64,000 nucleotides of DNA, taken from NCBI GenBank assembly GCA_034668825.1, contig JAXDOR010000246.1:477-64476 (forward strand), given 5' to 3'. Numbering within the stretch: the first letter of the stretch is position 1; each line of letters starts with the position of its first letter. Positions 33,130-42,940 of the stretch are shown here, piece after piece. The DNA comes from Alphaproteobacteria bacterium (GTDB lineage Bacteria > Pseudomonadota > Alphaproteobacteria > Rhizobiales > Xanthobacteraceae). The translations under genes and the position numbers were made by a program. Under the pieces are notes generated by a model, which was not told where the DNA came from, searched no databases, and worked only from the letters and a program-made list of their open reading frames with translations.

Positions 33130-33828
33130 ATGAATGAATCTCAAAATCAAAGGGCTGAGCGCGCCTTCTTCGGCAGGCGCAAGGGCCGCATGCTGCGGCC
33201 ACGTCAAGCCGGGTTGTTAGAGACGCTACTGCCGCGGCTCGCCATCGACCTCAGCAAACCTGCTCCAGCCGATCTCGCCGCGCTGTTTGCACAACCCATC
33301 AACGAGGCACGGCTCGAAATCGGATTTGGGGGCGCCGAACATCTGATCGCGGAAGCACGTGACTATCCGCGCACCGGATTCATTGGCAGCGACGCCTTCC
33401 TCAATGCCATCGCCAAGGTTCTGACTGCGATCGATCAGAACGCCGTTGCAAATGTCCGGCTGGATTTCGGCGACGCCGCGCAGCTGATCGATTGGCTGCC
33501 GCGCGCCTCGCTCGCTCGCGTCGATCTGCTTTATCCCGATCCGTGGCCGAAGCGGCGACATTGGAAGCGCCGTTTCGTGCAGGACGCAAGCATCAACGGC
33601 ATTGCCCGCATCTTACGGCCAGGGGGAGAATTCCGCTTCGCCACCGACATTGCCGATTATGCCGCATGGACGCTGGCGCGGATGCTGCGTTCTCCCGATT
33701 TCACCTGGACCGCCGAGCGGGCCGACGATTGGCGGCAGCCCTGGCCGGGCTTTACCGGCACGCGCTACGAGGCGAAGGCCAAGCGGGAAATGCGCGTTCC
33801 CTGTTATTTGATTTTCCGGCGGAAATAG
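33130..33828 (+). CDS. trmB: tRNA (guanine-N7)-methyltransferase
   Basis: Trimmed to ATG 33130. Contains LEIGFGGAEHL and YPDPWPKRRHWKRRF motifs. Confidence 0.9.
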   Translation: MNESQNQRAERAFFGRRKGRMLRPRQAGLLETLLPRLAIDLSKPAPADLAALFAQPINEARLEIGFGGAEHLIAEARDYPRTGFIGSDAFLNAIAKVLTAIDQNAVANVRLDFGDAAQLIDWLPRASLARVDLLYPDPWPKRRHWKRRFVQDASINGIARILRPGGEFRFATDIADYAAWTLARMLRSPDFTWTAERADDWRQPWPGFTGTRYEAKAKREMRVPCYLIFRRK

Positions 33829-33845
33829 ACGCGTTGGACCCGCTG

Positions 33846-34928
33846 TTACTCATGCCCCTGGCGAACCTGCCAGAAACGGACGACGCGTTGGGCCGTGGAC
33901 AGCGACAGTTTTTCGAAATTGGCGTAGGCCTCATCGAGCCCTTGAGTCGACGTCCCCTGCTTGCCCGGACGCGCGGTCATGATCGCGCGCACCGTCGGCC
34001 ATCCAAAGCCTGCGGCCTTGCAGAGGATTAAGACGGGATCCACCCGGTCGCCTCCCAACAATCGGTCCGCGACGTCGATCGCAATCCCGCAGAGCAGTGA
34101 GAGTGACGCCACGGTTTCCTCATAACGTCCGGCCTTGGCGAAGTTAGTGAGCTCCGCTTCGCCGAAGCTTCCGGCCTGCCGCAGTGCCAGCACGTTGTGT
34201 TGCGCTTCCGTGTAGTCGCGCGCCGCGGCCGCACCGCCGATCTCGGCGGAGACTTCGGCCAGCACCCGGCGGATTTCCGCGGCTGTTTCCGGCTTGGCCT
34301 TGATCAGAAGCCGTTTTTGCACGACCTCGGTCGCCTGCATCAGCAGTTCGCGAAAGAGATGCGCGGGAATGTCCGGGCGCTGCCCGACTTTCTCCGCCAG
34401 AACCCCGTCCGCCTCGGCGCGTTTGACCAGGGCCGAGAAACTGGTTTCCGAGAGGCATGCACGTTGATTGTCGGCGACGTTGCGGGCCACCTCTCGATCC
34501 CCGCGTTTGACCAGAACATCGGTGACCGCTTCGCCGATGCTGGTGCGGCTGGAAATGGCGAGAAGATGGGCCTGGCTTTTGTTCTTGGCGATGTCGACAA
34601 GATCGGCGTCTTGCAGCCGCCCCGAGCGCATCAGCATCGGCCCGGCGATGGCGATGTCATCATCCTTGGCGAGTTGGCGCACGACCTGCGTGGGCGCGTT
34701 TGCTACCGGCGCGAGGCGCCGCGACAACTCGGCCCGCGCCTTGGCCTCGATCTCGGCGATGAGCAGACCGAAAACGCTGTCGAATAGGTCCACGTGATCT
34801 TCGTTGTAGCCACTGGCGCCGTTGACGAAGAGGCTGGTGATGCGCTTGAGGGTGTTGGCGCGTTTTTCGCGCGATCCGTGCTGGATAACATCTTCGAGTT
34901 CGGGGATCAGCGACTCGGCGGCGGACAT
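33846..34928 (-). CDS. DUF2336 domain-containing protein
   Basis: 360-aa all-helical protein with a repeated LL...DD..IA...L pattern, typical of DUF2336 proteins common in Bradyrhizobiaceae. Confidence 0.7.
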   Translation of the reverse strand: MSAAESLIPELEDVIQHGSREKRANTLKRITSLFVNGASGYNEDHVDLFDSVFGLLIAEIEAKARAELSRRLAPVANAPTQVVRQLAKDDDIAIAGPMLMRSGRLQDADLVDIAKNKSQAHLLAISSRTSIGEAVTDVLVKRGDREVARNVADNQRACLSETSFSALVKRAEADGVLAEKVGQRPDIPAHLFRELLMQATEVVQKRLLIKAKPETAAEIRRVLAEVSAEIGGAAAARDYTEAQHNVLALRQAGSFGEAELTNFAKAGRYEETVASLSLLCGIAIDVADRLLGGDRVDPVLILCKAAGFGWPTVRAIMTARPGKQGTSTQGLDEAYANFEKLSLSTAQRVVRFWQVRQGHE

Positions 34929-35041
34929 GCAAGCTCCCCTGGATTCGGGCCTTGGCTCCGGATCCGCTTATTGGAACTTAGAAGCTGAATCTGAATGAAG
35001 GGTTAGCCACGGTCTGGGGGCGGCGGCGGTGCCGGCAACCC

Positions 35042-35069
35042 TTGCGCGGAATGCAGCAAATCGCTATAT
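35042..35069 (+). promoter_or_regulatory. Candidate promoter of the rimP-nusA-infB operon
   Basis: TTGCGC (35042-35047), 16-nt spacer, CTATAT (35064-35069). CTATAT matches the alphaproteobacterial -10 consensus. Confidence 0.4.
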
Positions 35070-35126
35070 TCCGGCTGTCTGCATTGGACATCTCATAACG
35101 GTCGGAGTGATCTGATCGGCTTTTGG

Positions 35127-35156
35127 GAGTGGGCCCCCCGGGACCCGCTCTTTTTT
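35127..35156 (+). terminator. Terminator-like hairpin plus T6 in the rimP leader (candidate attenuator)
   Basis: GAGTGGGCCCCCCGGGACCCGCTC (35127-35150) followed by TTTTTT (35151-35156), 34 nt upstream of the rimP ATG. Confidence 0.5.
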
Positions 35157-35189
35157 ATTACCAAAATCGGCCTACGGGCGAATCTAAGC

Positions 35190-35909
35190 ATGAGCGAGAC
35201 GGTCGATACAACTTCCGCGTCCGAAGCAAGGCTCCTCGTGGAGCCGGGGCTGGCTGCGCGCGTTGCCGCTGCTGCCGAGCCGGTTCTTGAGGGGCTCGGC
35301 TTCCGCTTGGTGCGAGTGCGGATTTCGCCATCGGCGGGTTTGACCGTGCAAATCATGGCCGAGCGGCCGGACGGCAGCATGACTGTCGGCGATTGTGAAA
35401 CGGCGTCGCGCGCCTTATCGGCGGTATTCGATGTGTCGGATCCCATCGATCGTCCGCATCGTCTTGAAATCTCCTCGCCAGGAATCGATCGTCCGCTGGT
35501 GCGCCGGTCGGATTTTGTCCGTTATGCCGGCCATGTCGTGAAGGTAGAAATGACGATGCCGGTTGAAGGCCGCAAAAGGTTTCGCGGTCTTCTTTTGGGA
35601 ACCGAGGGCGATGCGGCGAGGCTTCGCCGTGACGATGCAGTCTCCGGTGAACAGGAAGAGTTCCTGCTTCCCATCGAAGATATGACCGAGGCAAAGCTCG
35701 TACTCACCGACGAACTGGTTGCCGAAGCGCTCAGGCGCAGCAAAGCGGAAGAGCGTCAAGCGCGGGACGAGGGCAACGAGCAACCACCGTCCAAACCACG
35801 CGATCACCGGCGAGCAGCCGGTTCTATGAAACATTCCGGCGCACGTTCGGAGAAATCCGGCGCGGCGCCTAGCACGAGGGAGACTGAGCATGGCCGTCAG
35901 CGCCAATAG
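35190..35909 (+). CDS. rimP: Ribosome maturation factor RimP with a basic, disordered C-terminal tail
   Basis: Contains [10 protein letters not shown]..., [12 protein letters not shown] and RFRGLLLG motifs. The 3' end overlaps nusA by 20 nt. Confidence 0.9.
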   Translation: MSETVDTTSASEARLLVEPGLAARVAAAAEPVLEGLGFRLVRVRISPSAGLTVQIMAERPDGSMTVGDCETASRALSAVFDVSDPIDRPHRLEISSPGIDRPLVRRSDFVRYAGHVVKVEMTMPVEGRKRFRGLLLGTEGDAARLRRDDAVSGEQEEFLLPIEDMTEAKLVLTDELVAEALRRSKAEERQARDEGNEQPPSKPRDHRRAAGSMKHSGARSEKSGAAPSTRETEHGRQRQ

Positions 35910-37497
35910 GCTCGAACTTTTGCAGATCGCCGACGCGGTCGCGCGGGAGAAATCGATCGACCGCGGAATTGTCATCGCGGCCATGGAAGACGCGATCCAA
36001 AAGGCGGCGCGTTCGCGCTACGGCAGCGAGACCGAGGTCCGCGCGGAAATCAACCCGAAGACCGGCGAAATGCGCCTCTCACGTCTGATGCTGGTAGCCG
36101 ATCAGGTCGAAAACGACTCCATTCACATTTCCCTGGAAGAGGCCAAGCGCCGCAATCCCGCCGCCCAGGTTGGAGACTACATTGCCGAGGCGCTGCCGCC
36201 GCTGGAATATGGCCGCATCGCCGCGCAATCGGCCAAGCAGGTAATCGTGCAGAAAGTGCGCGAGGCCGAGCGCGACCGGCAGTATCAAGAATACAAGGAT
36301 CGCATCGGCGACATCGTCAACGGCATCGTCAAGCGAGTCGAATACGGCAACGTCGTCGTCGATCTCGGCCGTGGCGAGGCAATCGTGCGCCGCGACGAGA
36401 TGCTGCCGCGTGAAGTCTTCCGCAATGGCGACCGCATTCGCGCCTACATCTATGACGTGCGCCGCGAGCCACGCGGGCCGCAGATTTTCCTCTCCCGCAC
36501 GCATCCGCAATTCATGGCGAAGCTGTTCGCCCAGGAAGTGCCGGAAATCTATGACGGCATTGTCGAAGTCAAAGCCGTCGCCCGCGACCCCGGCTCGCGC
36601 GCCAAGATCGCGGTGGTTTCGAGAGATTCTTCCGTCGATCCCGTCGGCGCTTGTGTCGGCATGCGCGGCTCGCGCGTGCAGGCCGTGGTTAATGAGTTAC
36701 AGGGCGAAAAGATCGACATCATCCCCTGGTCTCCAGACATCGCCACCTTCGTCGTCAATGCGCTGGCGCCGGCAGAAGTCGCCAAGGTGGTGCTCGACGA
36801 AGACCGCGAACGGATCGAGGTCGTGGTGCCGGATGCGCAGCTTTCGCTTGCCATCGGCCGGCGTGGGCAGAATGTCCGGCTGGCGTCGCAGCTCACCGGC
36901 TGGGACATCGACATCCTCACCGAACAAGAAGAGTCCGAGCACCGGCAGGCGGAGTTTGAGAATCGCACCCGCATCTTCATGGACGCGTTGAATGTCGACG
37001 AGGTGGTCGGGCAGTTGCTGGCTTCCGAAGGCTTCACCTCGGTCGAGGAACTGGCGCTGATCGATGAGAAGGAAATTTCCGGCATCGAAGGCTTCGATGA
37101 AGACACCGCCCGCGAGCTGCAGACCCGTGCGCGCGATTACTTATCCCAACAGGAGGCGGAGCTTGATGCCAAGCGTCTGGAACTCGGCGTCGATGACGCG
37201 CTCAAGGAAGTTCCCGGCGTTACCTTAAAGATGATGGTCAAGTTGGGCGAGAACGGCATCAAGACGGTGGAGGATCTTGCCGATTGCGCCACCGACGACC
37301 TCGCCGGCTGGACCGAGCGCAAAGATGCAGAAACGACCAAGCATCCGGGAATTCTCGATGGCTTTGAAATGACGCGCGAAGACATCGAGGCTCTGATCAT
37401 GCAGGCGCGCGTGAAGGCAGGCTGGATCACCGAAGCCGACTTGGCGCCTCCGCCGGCGGAGGAGGTCACAGCCGAGGCCTCCGAGACTCCAGCTTAA
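35890..37497 (+). CDS. nusA: Transcription termination/antitermination factor NusA
   Basis: [18 protein letters not shown], followed by S1, KH1/KH2 and C-terminal acidic repeats. Confidence 0.97.
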   Translation: MAVSANRLELLQIADAVAREKSIDRGIVIAAMEDAIQKAARSRYGSETEVRAEINPKTGEMRLSRLMLVADQVENDSIHISLEEAKRRNPAAQVGDYIAEALPPLEYGRIAAQSAKQVIVQKVREAERDRQYQEYKDRIGDIVNGIVKRVEYGNVVVDLGRGEAIVRRDEMLPREVFRNGDRIRAYIYDVRREPRGPQIFLSRTHPQFMAKLFAQEVPEIYDGIVEVKAVARDPGSRAKIAVVSRDSSVDPVGACVGMRGSRVQAVVNELQGEKIDIIPWSPDIATFVVNALAPAEVAKVVLDEDRERIEVVVPDAQLSLAIGRRGQNVRLASQLTGWDIDILTEQEESEHRQAEFENRTRIFMDALNVDEVVGQLLASEGFTSVEELALIDEKEISGIEGFDEDTARELQTRARDYLSQQEAELDAKRLELGVDDALKEVPGVTLKMMVKLGENGIKTVEDLADCATDDLAGWTERKDAETTKHPGILDGFEMTREDIEALIMQARVKAGWITEADLAPPPAEEVTAEASETPA

Positions 37498-37500
37498 GAA

Positions 37501-38217
37501 TTGACGGTCCGGAACCCCATGCTCGCACACGCGCAGGATCAGGATAGTGAGTTGGATACGGGACCGCGGAGCAGCGGTGCCGGGACCGAGCGGCTGTGCG
37601 TGTCGACTCGAAAGGTCAAGCCCGTCTCCGACATGGTCCGCTTCGTTGTCGGCCCGGAGGGCGAGGCGGTTCCCGACCTCAAAGGCAAGTTGCCCGGCCG
37701 CGGTGTCTGGGTGACCGCGACAAGAACGGCTCTCGCCGAGGCCCTCCGGCGCAATGCCTTCGGCCGTGGTTTCGGCCGCCCAGTTAAATCCCCCGCCAAT
37801 CTGGTGGAGGCAACCGAGCGCCTGCTTGAACGCGCTGCCCTCGATGCCCTGGCGGTCGCTGGAAAGGCCGGGCAGGTCGTGACCGGATTCGGCAAGGTTG
37901 AAGCGGCATTGGCGCGGGACAACGTGGTGACAGTGCTGCACGCGTCTGATGCTGCCGCCGATGGCGTGCGCAAGATCAGCGGCGCCGTGCGCCGCCGAAC
38001 GGCCACGGACCGGCGTGAAGTTGGTATAATCGCCACATTTACCTCGGCTCAATTGGATTTGGCATTGGGCCGCCCAAATGTGGTACATGCAGCCCTGCTC
38101 GCTGGACCCGCCACCAAGACTGTTCTTGCGCGGTGCTCGCGCCTCGACCGTTTCCGGGCCGGCGAACCGGCGAACAGAACGACCGTAATGGGCTGCAAGC
38201 GGATGCCCGAGGACTAG
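37501..38217 (+). CDS. YlxR/DUF448-like RNA-binding protein with an L7Ae-like C-terminal domain
   Basis: ERLCVSTRKVKPVSDMVRFVVGPEGEAVPDLKGKLPGRGVWV is the DUF448 signature. This is the conserved position between nusA and infB. The start is uncertain (TTG 37501 or ATG 37519). Confidence 0.8.
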   Translation: MTVRNPMLAHAQDQDSELDTGPRSSGAGTERLCVSTRKVKPVSDMVRFVVGPEGEAVPDLKGKLPGRGVWVTATRTALAEALRRNAFGRGFGRPVKSPANLVEATERLLERAALDALAVAGKAGQVVTGFGKVEAALARDNVVTVLHASDAAADGVRKISGAVRRRTATDRREVGIIATFTSAQLDLALGRPNVVHAALLAGPATKTVLARCSRLDRFRAGEPANRTTVMGCKRMPED

Positions 38218-38223
38218 GACTGA

Positions 38224-40821
38224 ATGACTGAGACCAAGAGCCCTGGTGAAAAGCTCAGCGTGAGCGGTACCAAGACGTTGACGCTCAAGCGCGGCGTCGA
38301 ACAGGGCGTCGTACGCCAGAGTTTCAGCCACGGCCGCACCAAGCCGGTGGTCGTGGAGAAGGTAAAGCGCCGCGTCGTCGGCGGGGAGCCGAGAGCCGAG
38401 CCTGCACCCACACCAGCGCCTGCCGTTGAGCGAAGCACGCCCGGCCAGCAGGGAACGGCAGCCAAGGCTGCCGGTGCGGCGGCCGCCGCGACGGCGCAAA
38501 CCGCAACGGCGCCGAAACCTTCCGGAGTCGTGCTGCGCACACTCTCGGAAGAGGAACGCAGCGCCCGCGCCCATGCACTGACCGATTTCCGCTCCCGCGA
38601 AGCCGAGGAGCGCAAGATTGCCGAGGAAGAGGCGCGCCGCCGCGCCAGCCGCGACTCCGTCGACCGCTCCGAGCGCGATGCCGCCGAAGCGCGCAAACGC
38701 GAAGAAGACGACCGCCGCCGTCACGACGAGGAAACGAAGCGCAAGGCCGACGAAGTTGCGAAGAAGCGCTTCGGCGAGGAGGAAGCGAAGAAAGCCGGCG
38801 TTCCGTTCAGCCGTGTCGTAAAGCCGGAAGCAGAAGAGGATGACGGTCCGCGCACCATCCGCCGTGGTCCTGGTGGCGCCGTGCGCGCCGCTCCCGCTCC
38901 GAAACCGACGACGCGTCCAGGACCGCAGAAGCAGCGCGGCCGCCTGACTCTCGTCACCGCGCTGCGGGCCGACGAAGTGCGCGAGCGCTCGGTCGCGTCC
39001 TTCCGCCGTCGGACTCAGCGCCTGAAGGGCCATGCTTCCGACGAGCCCAAGGAAAAGCTGATCCGCGAAGTCACGATTCCGGAAGCCATCACCATTCAGG
39101 AACTCGCCAACCGCATGGCCGAGCGTGCCGTCGACGTCATCCGCCTGCTGATGAAGCAGGGACAGATGGTGGTGATCACCGATGTGATCGATGCCGACAC
39201 CGCGCAGCTCGTCGCTGAAGAAATGGGCCATAGCGTCCGGCGTGTCGCCGAGTCCGATGTCGAGGAAGGTCTGTTCGATGTCGCCGACGATCCGGCCGCG
39301 CTGGTGCCGCGCGCGCCCGTGGTGACCGTCATGGGTCACGTCGATCACGGCAAGACTTCCTTGCTCGACGCCATCCGTTCGACCGAGGTCGCGGCAGGCG
39401 AGCATGGCGGCATAACCCAACATATCGGCGCGTACCAAGTGACATCGCCGACGGGCAGCAAAATCACCTTCATCGACACGCCAGGCCACGCGGCCTTCAC
39501 GGCGATGCGGGCGCGCGGCGCCAAGGTCACTGACGTTGTGATTCTTGTGGTCGCGGCGGACGACGGCGTGATGCCGCAAACGGTGGAGGCTATCAATCAC
39601 GCCAAGGCGGCAAAGGTGCCGATCATCGTCGCCATCAACAAGATCGATAAGCCGGACGCCAAGCCTGACCGCGTGCGCACCGAATTGCTGCAACACGAGA
39701 TCCAGGTAGAGTCTCTAGGCGGCGAGGTGCTTGACGTCGAGGTATCGGCGACAAAGAAGACCAATCTCGATCGTCTGCTTGAGATCGTCGGTCTGCAGTC
39801 CGAAATTCTGGAACTCAAGGCCAATCCGAGCCGTCCCGCCGAGGGTACGGTGGTGGAAGCCAAGCTCGATCGCGGTCGCGGACCTGTTGCGACAGTGCTG
39901 ATCCAGCGTGGCACGCTCAAGGTCGGCGACCTGATCGTGGCTGGCGCCGAATGGGGCCGGGTGCGGGCGTTGCTGTCCGATACCGGTGCGCCGGTTGATA
40001 GCGCCGGGCCATCAACGCCGGTCGAAGTGCTGGGCTTTAGCGGCACGCCGGATGCCGGCGACCGTCTTGCCGTGGTCGAAAATGAATCCCGCGCCCGCGA
40101 GGTTACGGCTTATCGCGCCCGTCAGAAACGGGAAAAGACCGTCGCACGCGCAACCGGCATGCGCGGCTCGCTCGAGCAGATGATGACGCAGCTCAAGACC
40201 AGCGGCCGCAAGGAATTCCCGCTGATCATCAAGGGCGATGTGCAAGGCTCGATCGAAGCCATCATCCAATCGCTCGACAAGCTCGGCACTGAAGAAGTCG
40301 TGGCGCGCGTGCTTCACGCCGGAGCCGGCGGCATCACCGAGTCCGACGTCACGCTGGCCGAGGCTTCCGGGGTTCCGATCATTGGCTTCAACGTGCGCGC
40401 CCACAAGGAAGCACGCGAAGCCGCGGAACGCGCCGGTATCGAAATCCGCTACTACAATATCATTTACGACCTCGTCGACGACGTGAAAAAGGCGATGTCC
40501 GGCCTGTTGCCGCCGACATTGCGTGAAACCATGCTCGGCAACGCGCAAATCTTGGAAATCTTCAACGTCTCCAAGGTCGGCAAGATCGCCGGCTGCCGCG
40601 TCACCGACGGTACGGTCGAGCGCGGCGCCAACGTCCGCCTCATCCGCGACAACGTCGTTGTCCACGAAGGCAAGCTGTCGCAGCTCAAGCGATTCAAGGA
40701 TGACGTCAAGGAAGTCACCGCCGGTCAGGAATGCGGCATGGCCTTCGAGAATTACCAAGACATGCGCGTCGGCGACGTCATTGAATGTTATCGGGTGGAG
40801 ACGATTCAACGCAGTCTGTGA
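38224..40821 (+). CDS. infB: Translation initiation factor IF-2
   Basis: 865 aa. Charged N-terminal region, GTPase domain ([26 protein letters not shown]), and a C-terminal IF2 domain. Confidence 0.97.
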   Translation: MTETKSPGEKLSVSGTKTLTLKRGVEQGVVRQSFSHGRTKPVVVEKVKRRVVGGEPRAEPAPTPAPAVERSTPGQQGTAAKAAGAAAAATAQTATAPKPSGVVLRTLSEEERSARAHALTDFRSREAEERKIAEEEARRRASRDSVDRSERDAAEARKREEDDRRRHDEETKRKADEVAKKRFGEEEAKKAGVPFSRVVKPEAEEDDGPRTIRRGPGGAVRAAPAPKPTTRPGPQKQRGRLTLVTALRADEVRERSVASFRRRTQRLKGHASDEPKEKLIREVTIPEAITIQELANRMAERAVDVIRLLMKQGQMVVITDVIDADTAQLVAEEMGHSVRRVAESDVEEGLFDVADDPAALVPRAPVVTVMGHVDHGKTSLLDAIRSTEVAAGEHGGITQHIGAYQVTSPTGSKITFIDTPGHAAFTAMRARGAKVTDVVILVVAADDGVMPQTVEAINHAKAAKVPIIVAINKIDKPDAKPDRVRTELLQHEIQVESLGGEVLDVEVSATKKTNLDRLLEIVGLQSEILELKANPSRPAEGTVVEAKLDRGRGPVATVLIQRGTLKVGDLIVAGAEWGRVRALLSDTGAPVDSAGPSTPVEVLGFSGTPDAGDRLAVVENESRAREVTAYRARQKREKTVARATGMRGSLEQMMTQLKTSGRKEFPLIIKGDVQGSIEAIIQSLDKLGTEEVVARVLHAGAGGITESDVTLAEASGVPIIGFNVRAHKEAREAAERAGIEIRYYNIIYDLVDDVKKAMSGLLPPTLRETMLGNAQILEIFNVSKVGKIAGCRVTDGTVERGANVRLIRDNVVVHEGKLSQLKRFKDDVKEVTAGQECGMAFENYQDMRVGDVIECYRVETIQRSL

Positions 40822-40866
40822 GTCCAAATCTCACGGCTTTGCGCGAAATCTAGTTCCGCCTTTTCC

Positions 40867-40955
40867 CGTCATGACCGGGTTCGTCCCGGCCATCTCGCTT
40901 AGGAAGGGAAGTGCGCCCCTAAACGGGATGCCCGGCACAAGGCCTGGCATGACAG
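40867..40955. repeat. Inverted pair of REP-type units (GTCATGaCCGGGttcgtCCCGGCCATC family)
   Basis: Unit at 40867-40896 and an inverted, diverged unit at 40927-40955. A third unit of the same family lies at 49701-49731. Confidence 0.7.
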
Positions 40956-40970
40956 AACGGTTGGATTTTC

Positions 40971-41387
40971 ATGCGCGGCAAGAAAAGCAAGCACGACACC
41001 GGACACGGACCTTCCCAGCGCGCGTTGCGCGCGGGCGAACTCGTGCGCCATGCGCTGGCGGAAATCCTGTCGCGTGGCGACGTGCACGACCCGGTCTTGG
41101 AAGGGCATCTGGTCACCGTCCCGGAGGCGCGCATGAGCCCGGACCTGCGCATGGCCAGCATCTATGTCATGCCGCTCGGCGGCAAGGATGCCAAAGACGT
41201 GCTTGCGGCGCTTGAGCGCCACAAGAAATATTTGCGCGGCGAGATCGCCAAGCGCGTCAATCTCAAATTCGCTCCCGACATCCGCTTCCTGCTTGATGAT
41301 CGCTTCGACGAGGCCGAGCGCATTGAGAAACTTTTGCGTCGGCCAGAGGTGCAGCGGGATCTTAAGAGCGACAACAATGATGAATAA
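40971..41387 (+). CDS. rbfA: Ribosome-binding factor A
   Basis: [18 protein letters not shown]...[19 protein letters not shown] is the RbfA signature. Confidence 0.92.
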   Translation: MRGKKSKHDTGHGPSQRALRAGELVRHALAEILSRGDVHDPVLEGHLVTVPEARMSPDLRMASIYVMPLGGKDAKDVLAALERHKKYLRGEIAKRVNLKFAPDIRFLLDDRFDEAERIEKLLRRPEVQRDLKSDNNDE

Positions 41388-42432
41388 TCCGATGACCGCT
41401 TCCCTCTCCTCCCCCCTTGAGGGGGAACAGAAGGAGCAACGGGGGAAGGAGCGAAAGCAGCAATTCAAACGCGATAAGCGCGACGTCCACGGCTGGGTCA
41501 TCCTCGACAAGCCCGTTGGCATGACCTCGACCCATGCGGTCGCGGTGGTGAAGCGGCTGTTCTCCGCCAAGCGCGCTGGTCACGCCGGTACCCTCGACCC
41601 GCTCGCCGCCGGCTGCCTGCCGATCGCGCTCGGCGAGGCCACCAAGACTGTTCCCTTCGCCATGGATGGCCGCAAAATTTACCAATTCACCGTGCGCTGG
41701 GGCGAGGAGCGCGACACCGACGACGCCGAAGGCCGGGTTGTGGAAACCAGCGCTACGCGCCCAGCGGAGGACGCTATCCGGGCACTGCTGCCGGAATTCA
41801 TGGGAACCATCGCTCAGGTGCCGCCGTGCTACTCGGCCATCAAGGTCGACGGTGAACGGGCCTATGATCTGGCGCGGGACGGCGCCACGGTCGAACTGGC
41901 TAGCAGGCCCGTGGAAATTCACCGCCTCGACCTGGTCTCTACACCGGACGCCGACCACGCGCTATTTGAGGCAGAATGTGGCAAAGGCACCTATGTCCGT
42001 GCGCTGGCACGGGATATGGGCCGGGCCCTGGGCTGCTTCGGTCATGTTTCGGCTCTGCGCCGTACGGTGGTAAGCCCGTTCGGCGAGAAGCATATGATTT
42101 CACTGGAACAACTCGAGGCTATGTGCCATAAGGCCTCGATCGGCGAGGGCAACCTCGCCGATGCGCTTTTGCCCGTAGAGACCGTGCTGGACGACATCCC
42201 GGCACTGGCCGTCAATCGGGCAGATGCGGCCCGGCTCCAAAGGGGTCAGGCCGTTTTGTTGCGCGGACGGGACGCACCCATCTACCGCGGCACGGTTTAC
42301 GTCACGGCATCGGGCCAGTTGATCGCCCTTGCCGAAGTCGACCGCGGCGAGATCGTCCCCAAGCGTGTGTTCAACCTGACCGGCGTTGTAGGCAGCGCCG
42401 GCTCTCGAAAGGTCCCTGACGATGTCGATTAG
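41377..42432 (+). CDS. truB: tRNA pseudouridine(55) synthase
   Basis: Trimmed to ATG 41377, which overlaps the rbfA end. Contains [18 protein letters not shown] and [12 protein letters not shown] (catalytic Asp). The exact start is uncertain (41377, 41380 or 41392). Confidence 0.9.
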   Translation: MMNNPMTASLSSPLEGEQKEQRGKERKQQFKRDKRDVHGWVILDKPVGMTSTHAVAVVKRLFSAKRAGHAGTLDPLAAGCLPIALGEATKTVPFAMDGRKIYQFTVRWGEERDTDDAEGRVVETSATRPAEDAIRALLPEFMGTIAQVPPCYSAIKVDGERAYDLARDGATVELASRPVEIHRLDLVSTPDADHALFEAECGKGTYVRALARDMGRALGCFGHVSALRRTVVSPFGEKHMISLEQLEAMCHKASIGEGNLADALLPVETVLDDIPALAVNRADAARLQRGQAVLLRGRDAPIYRGTVYVTASGQLIALAEVDRGEIVPKRVFNLTGVVGSAGSRKVPDDVD

Positions 42433-42691
42433 CACCGGCCGCAAGGCCGAAGTTATCAAGACGTATGCGACCACCGCCGCCGACACAGGTTCGCCGGAGG
42501 TGCAGGTGGCGATCCTCACTGAGCGGATCACCAACCTCACAGAGCATTTCAAAACGCATGTGAAGGACAACCACTCGCGGCGGGGATTGTTGAAGCTCGT
42601 GTCCACGCGCCGGACTTTGCTTGACTACCTCAAGCGCGTGGACGACGCACGCTATAAGGCCATCATCGAGCGGCTAGGCATTCGCCGCTGA
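42422..42691 (+). CDS. rpsO: 30S ribosomal protein S15
   Basis: [57 protein letters not shown]. Confidence 0.95.
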   Translation: MSISTGRKAEVIKTYATTAADTGSPEVQVAILTERITNLTEHFKTHVKDNHSRRGLLKLVSTRRTLLDYLKRVDDARYKAIIERLGIRR

Positions 42692-42700
42692 CAATAATTC

Positions 42701-42746
42701 CGCGCGGAATATCCGCGCGTTTGTGAGCGGGCACTTTGTGCCCGCC
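42701..42746 (+). terminator. Two tandem hairpins after rpsO (rpsO terminator / pnp leader structure)
   Basis: CGCGCGGA-ata-TCCGCGCG (42701-42719) followed by TTTGTG, then GCGGGCAC-tttg-GTGCCCGC (42727-42746). Confidence 0.6.
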
Positions 42747-42940
42747 GTTAAGTCGGACAGCAATCACGTTGTCCACCAATCCGGGCCGCCAAGGGGCACC
42801 CGGCAACCGATGGAAGACATGAAGGCCATTGGCAGGATCGCCAGACGCTGTTTTGCTCGCGGCACACGCGCGCGACACAGCCTCTCGCCGTCTTGCTCAT
42901 GGCTTTCGCCCTTCCGCGAAAACCATGAAAGACCATCACA

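Noticed and set aside
37225-39696. 823-aa minus-strand ORF spanning the end of nusA, the ylxR-like gene and half of infB
   Set aside because: It is antisense to three well-supported conserved genes, has an Arg/Gly/Ala/Leu-rich low-information sequence, and has no recognisable domain. It is a shadow ORF.
41412-41425. Palindrome CCCCCTTGAGGGGG inside the truB 5' region, considered as a REP insertion or terminator between rbfA and truB
   Set aside because: It is in frame within an N-terminal extension of the kind I recall for alphaproteobacterial TruB ([18 protein letters not shown]). No T-tract follows it. I cannot distinguish an insertion from native sequence without orthologue alignment.
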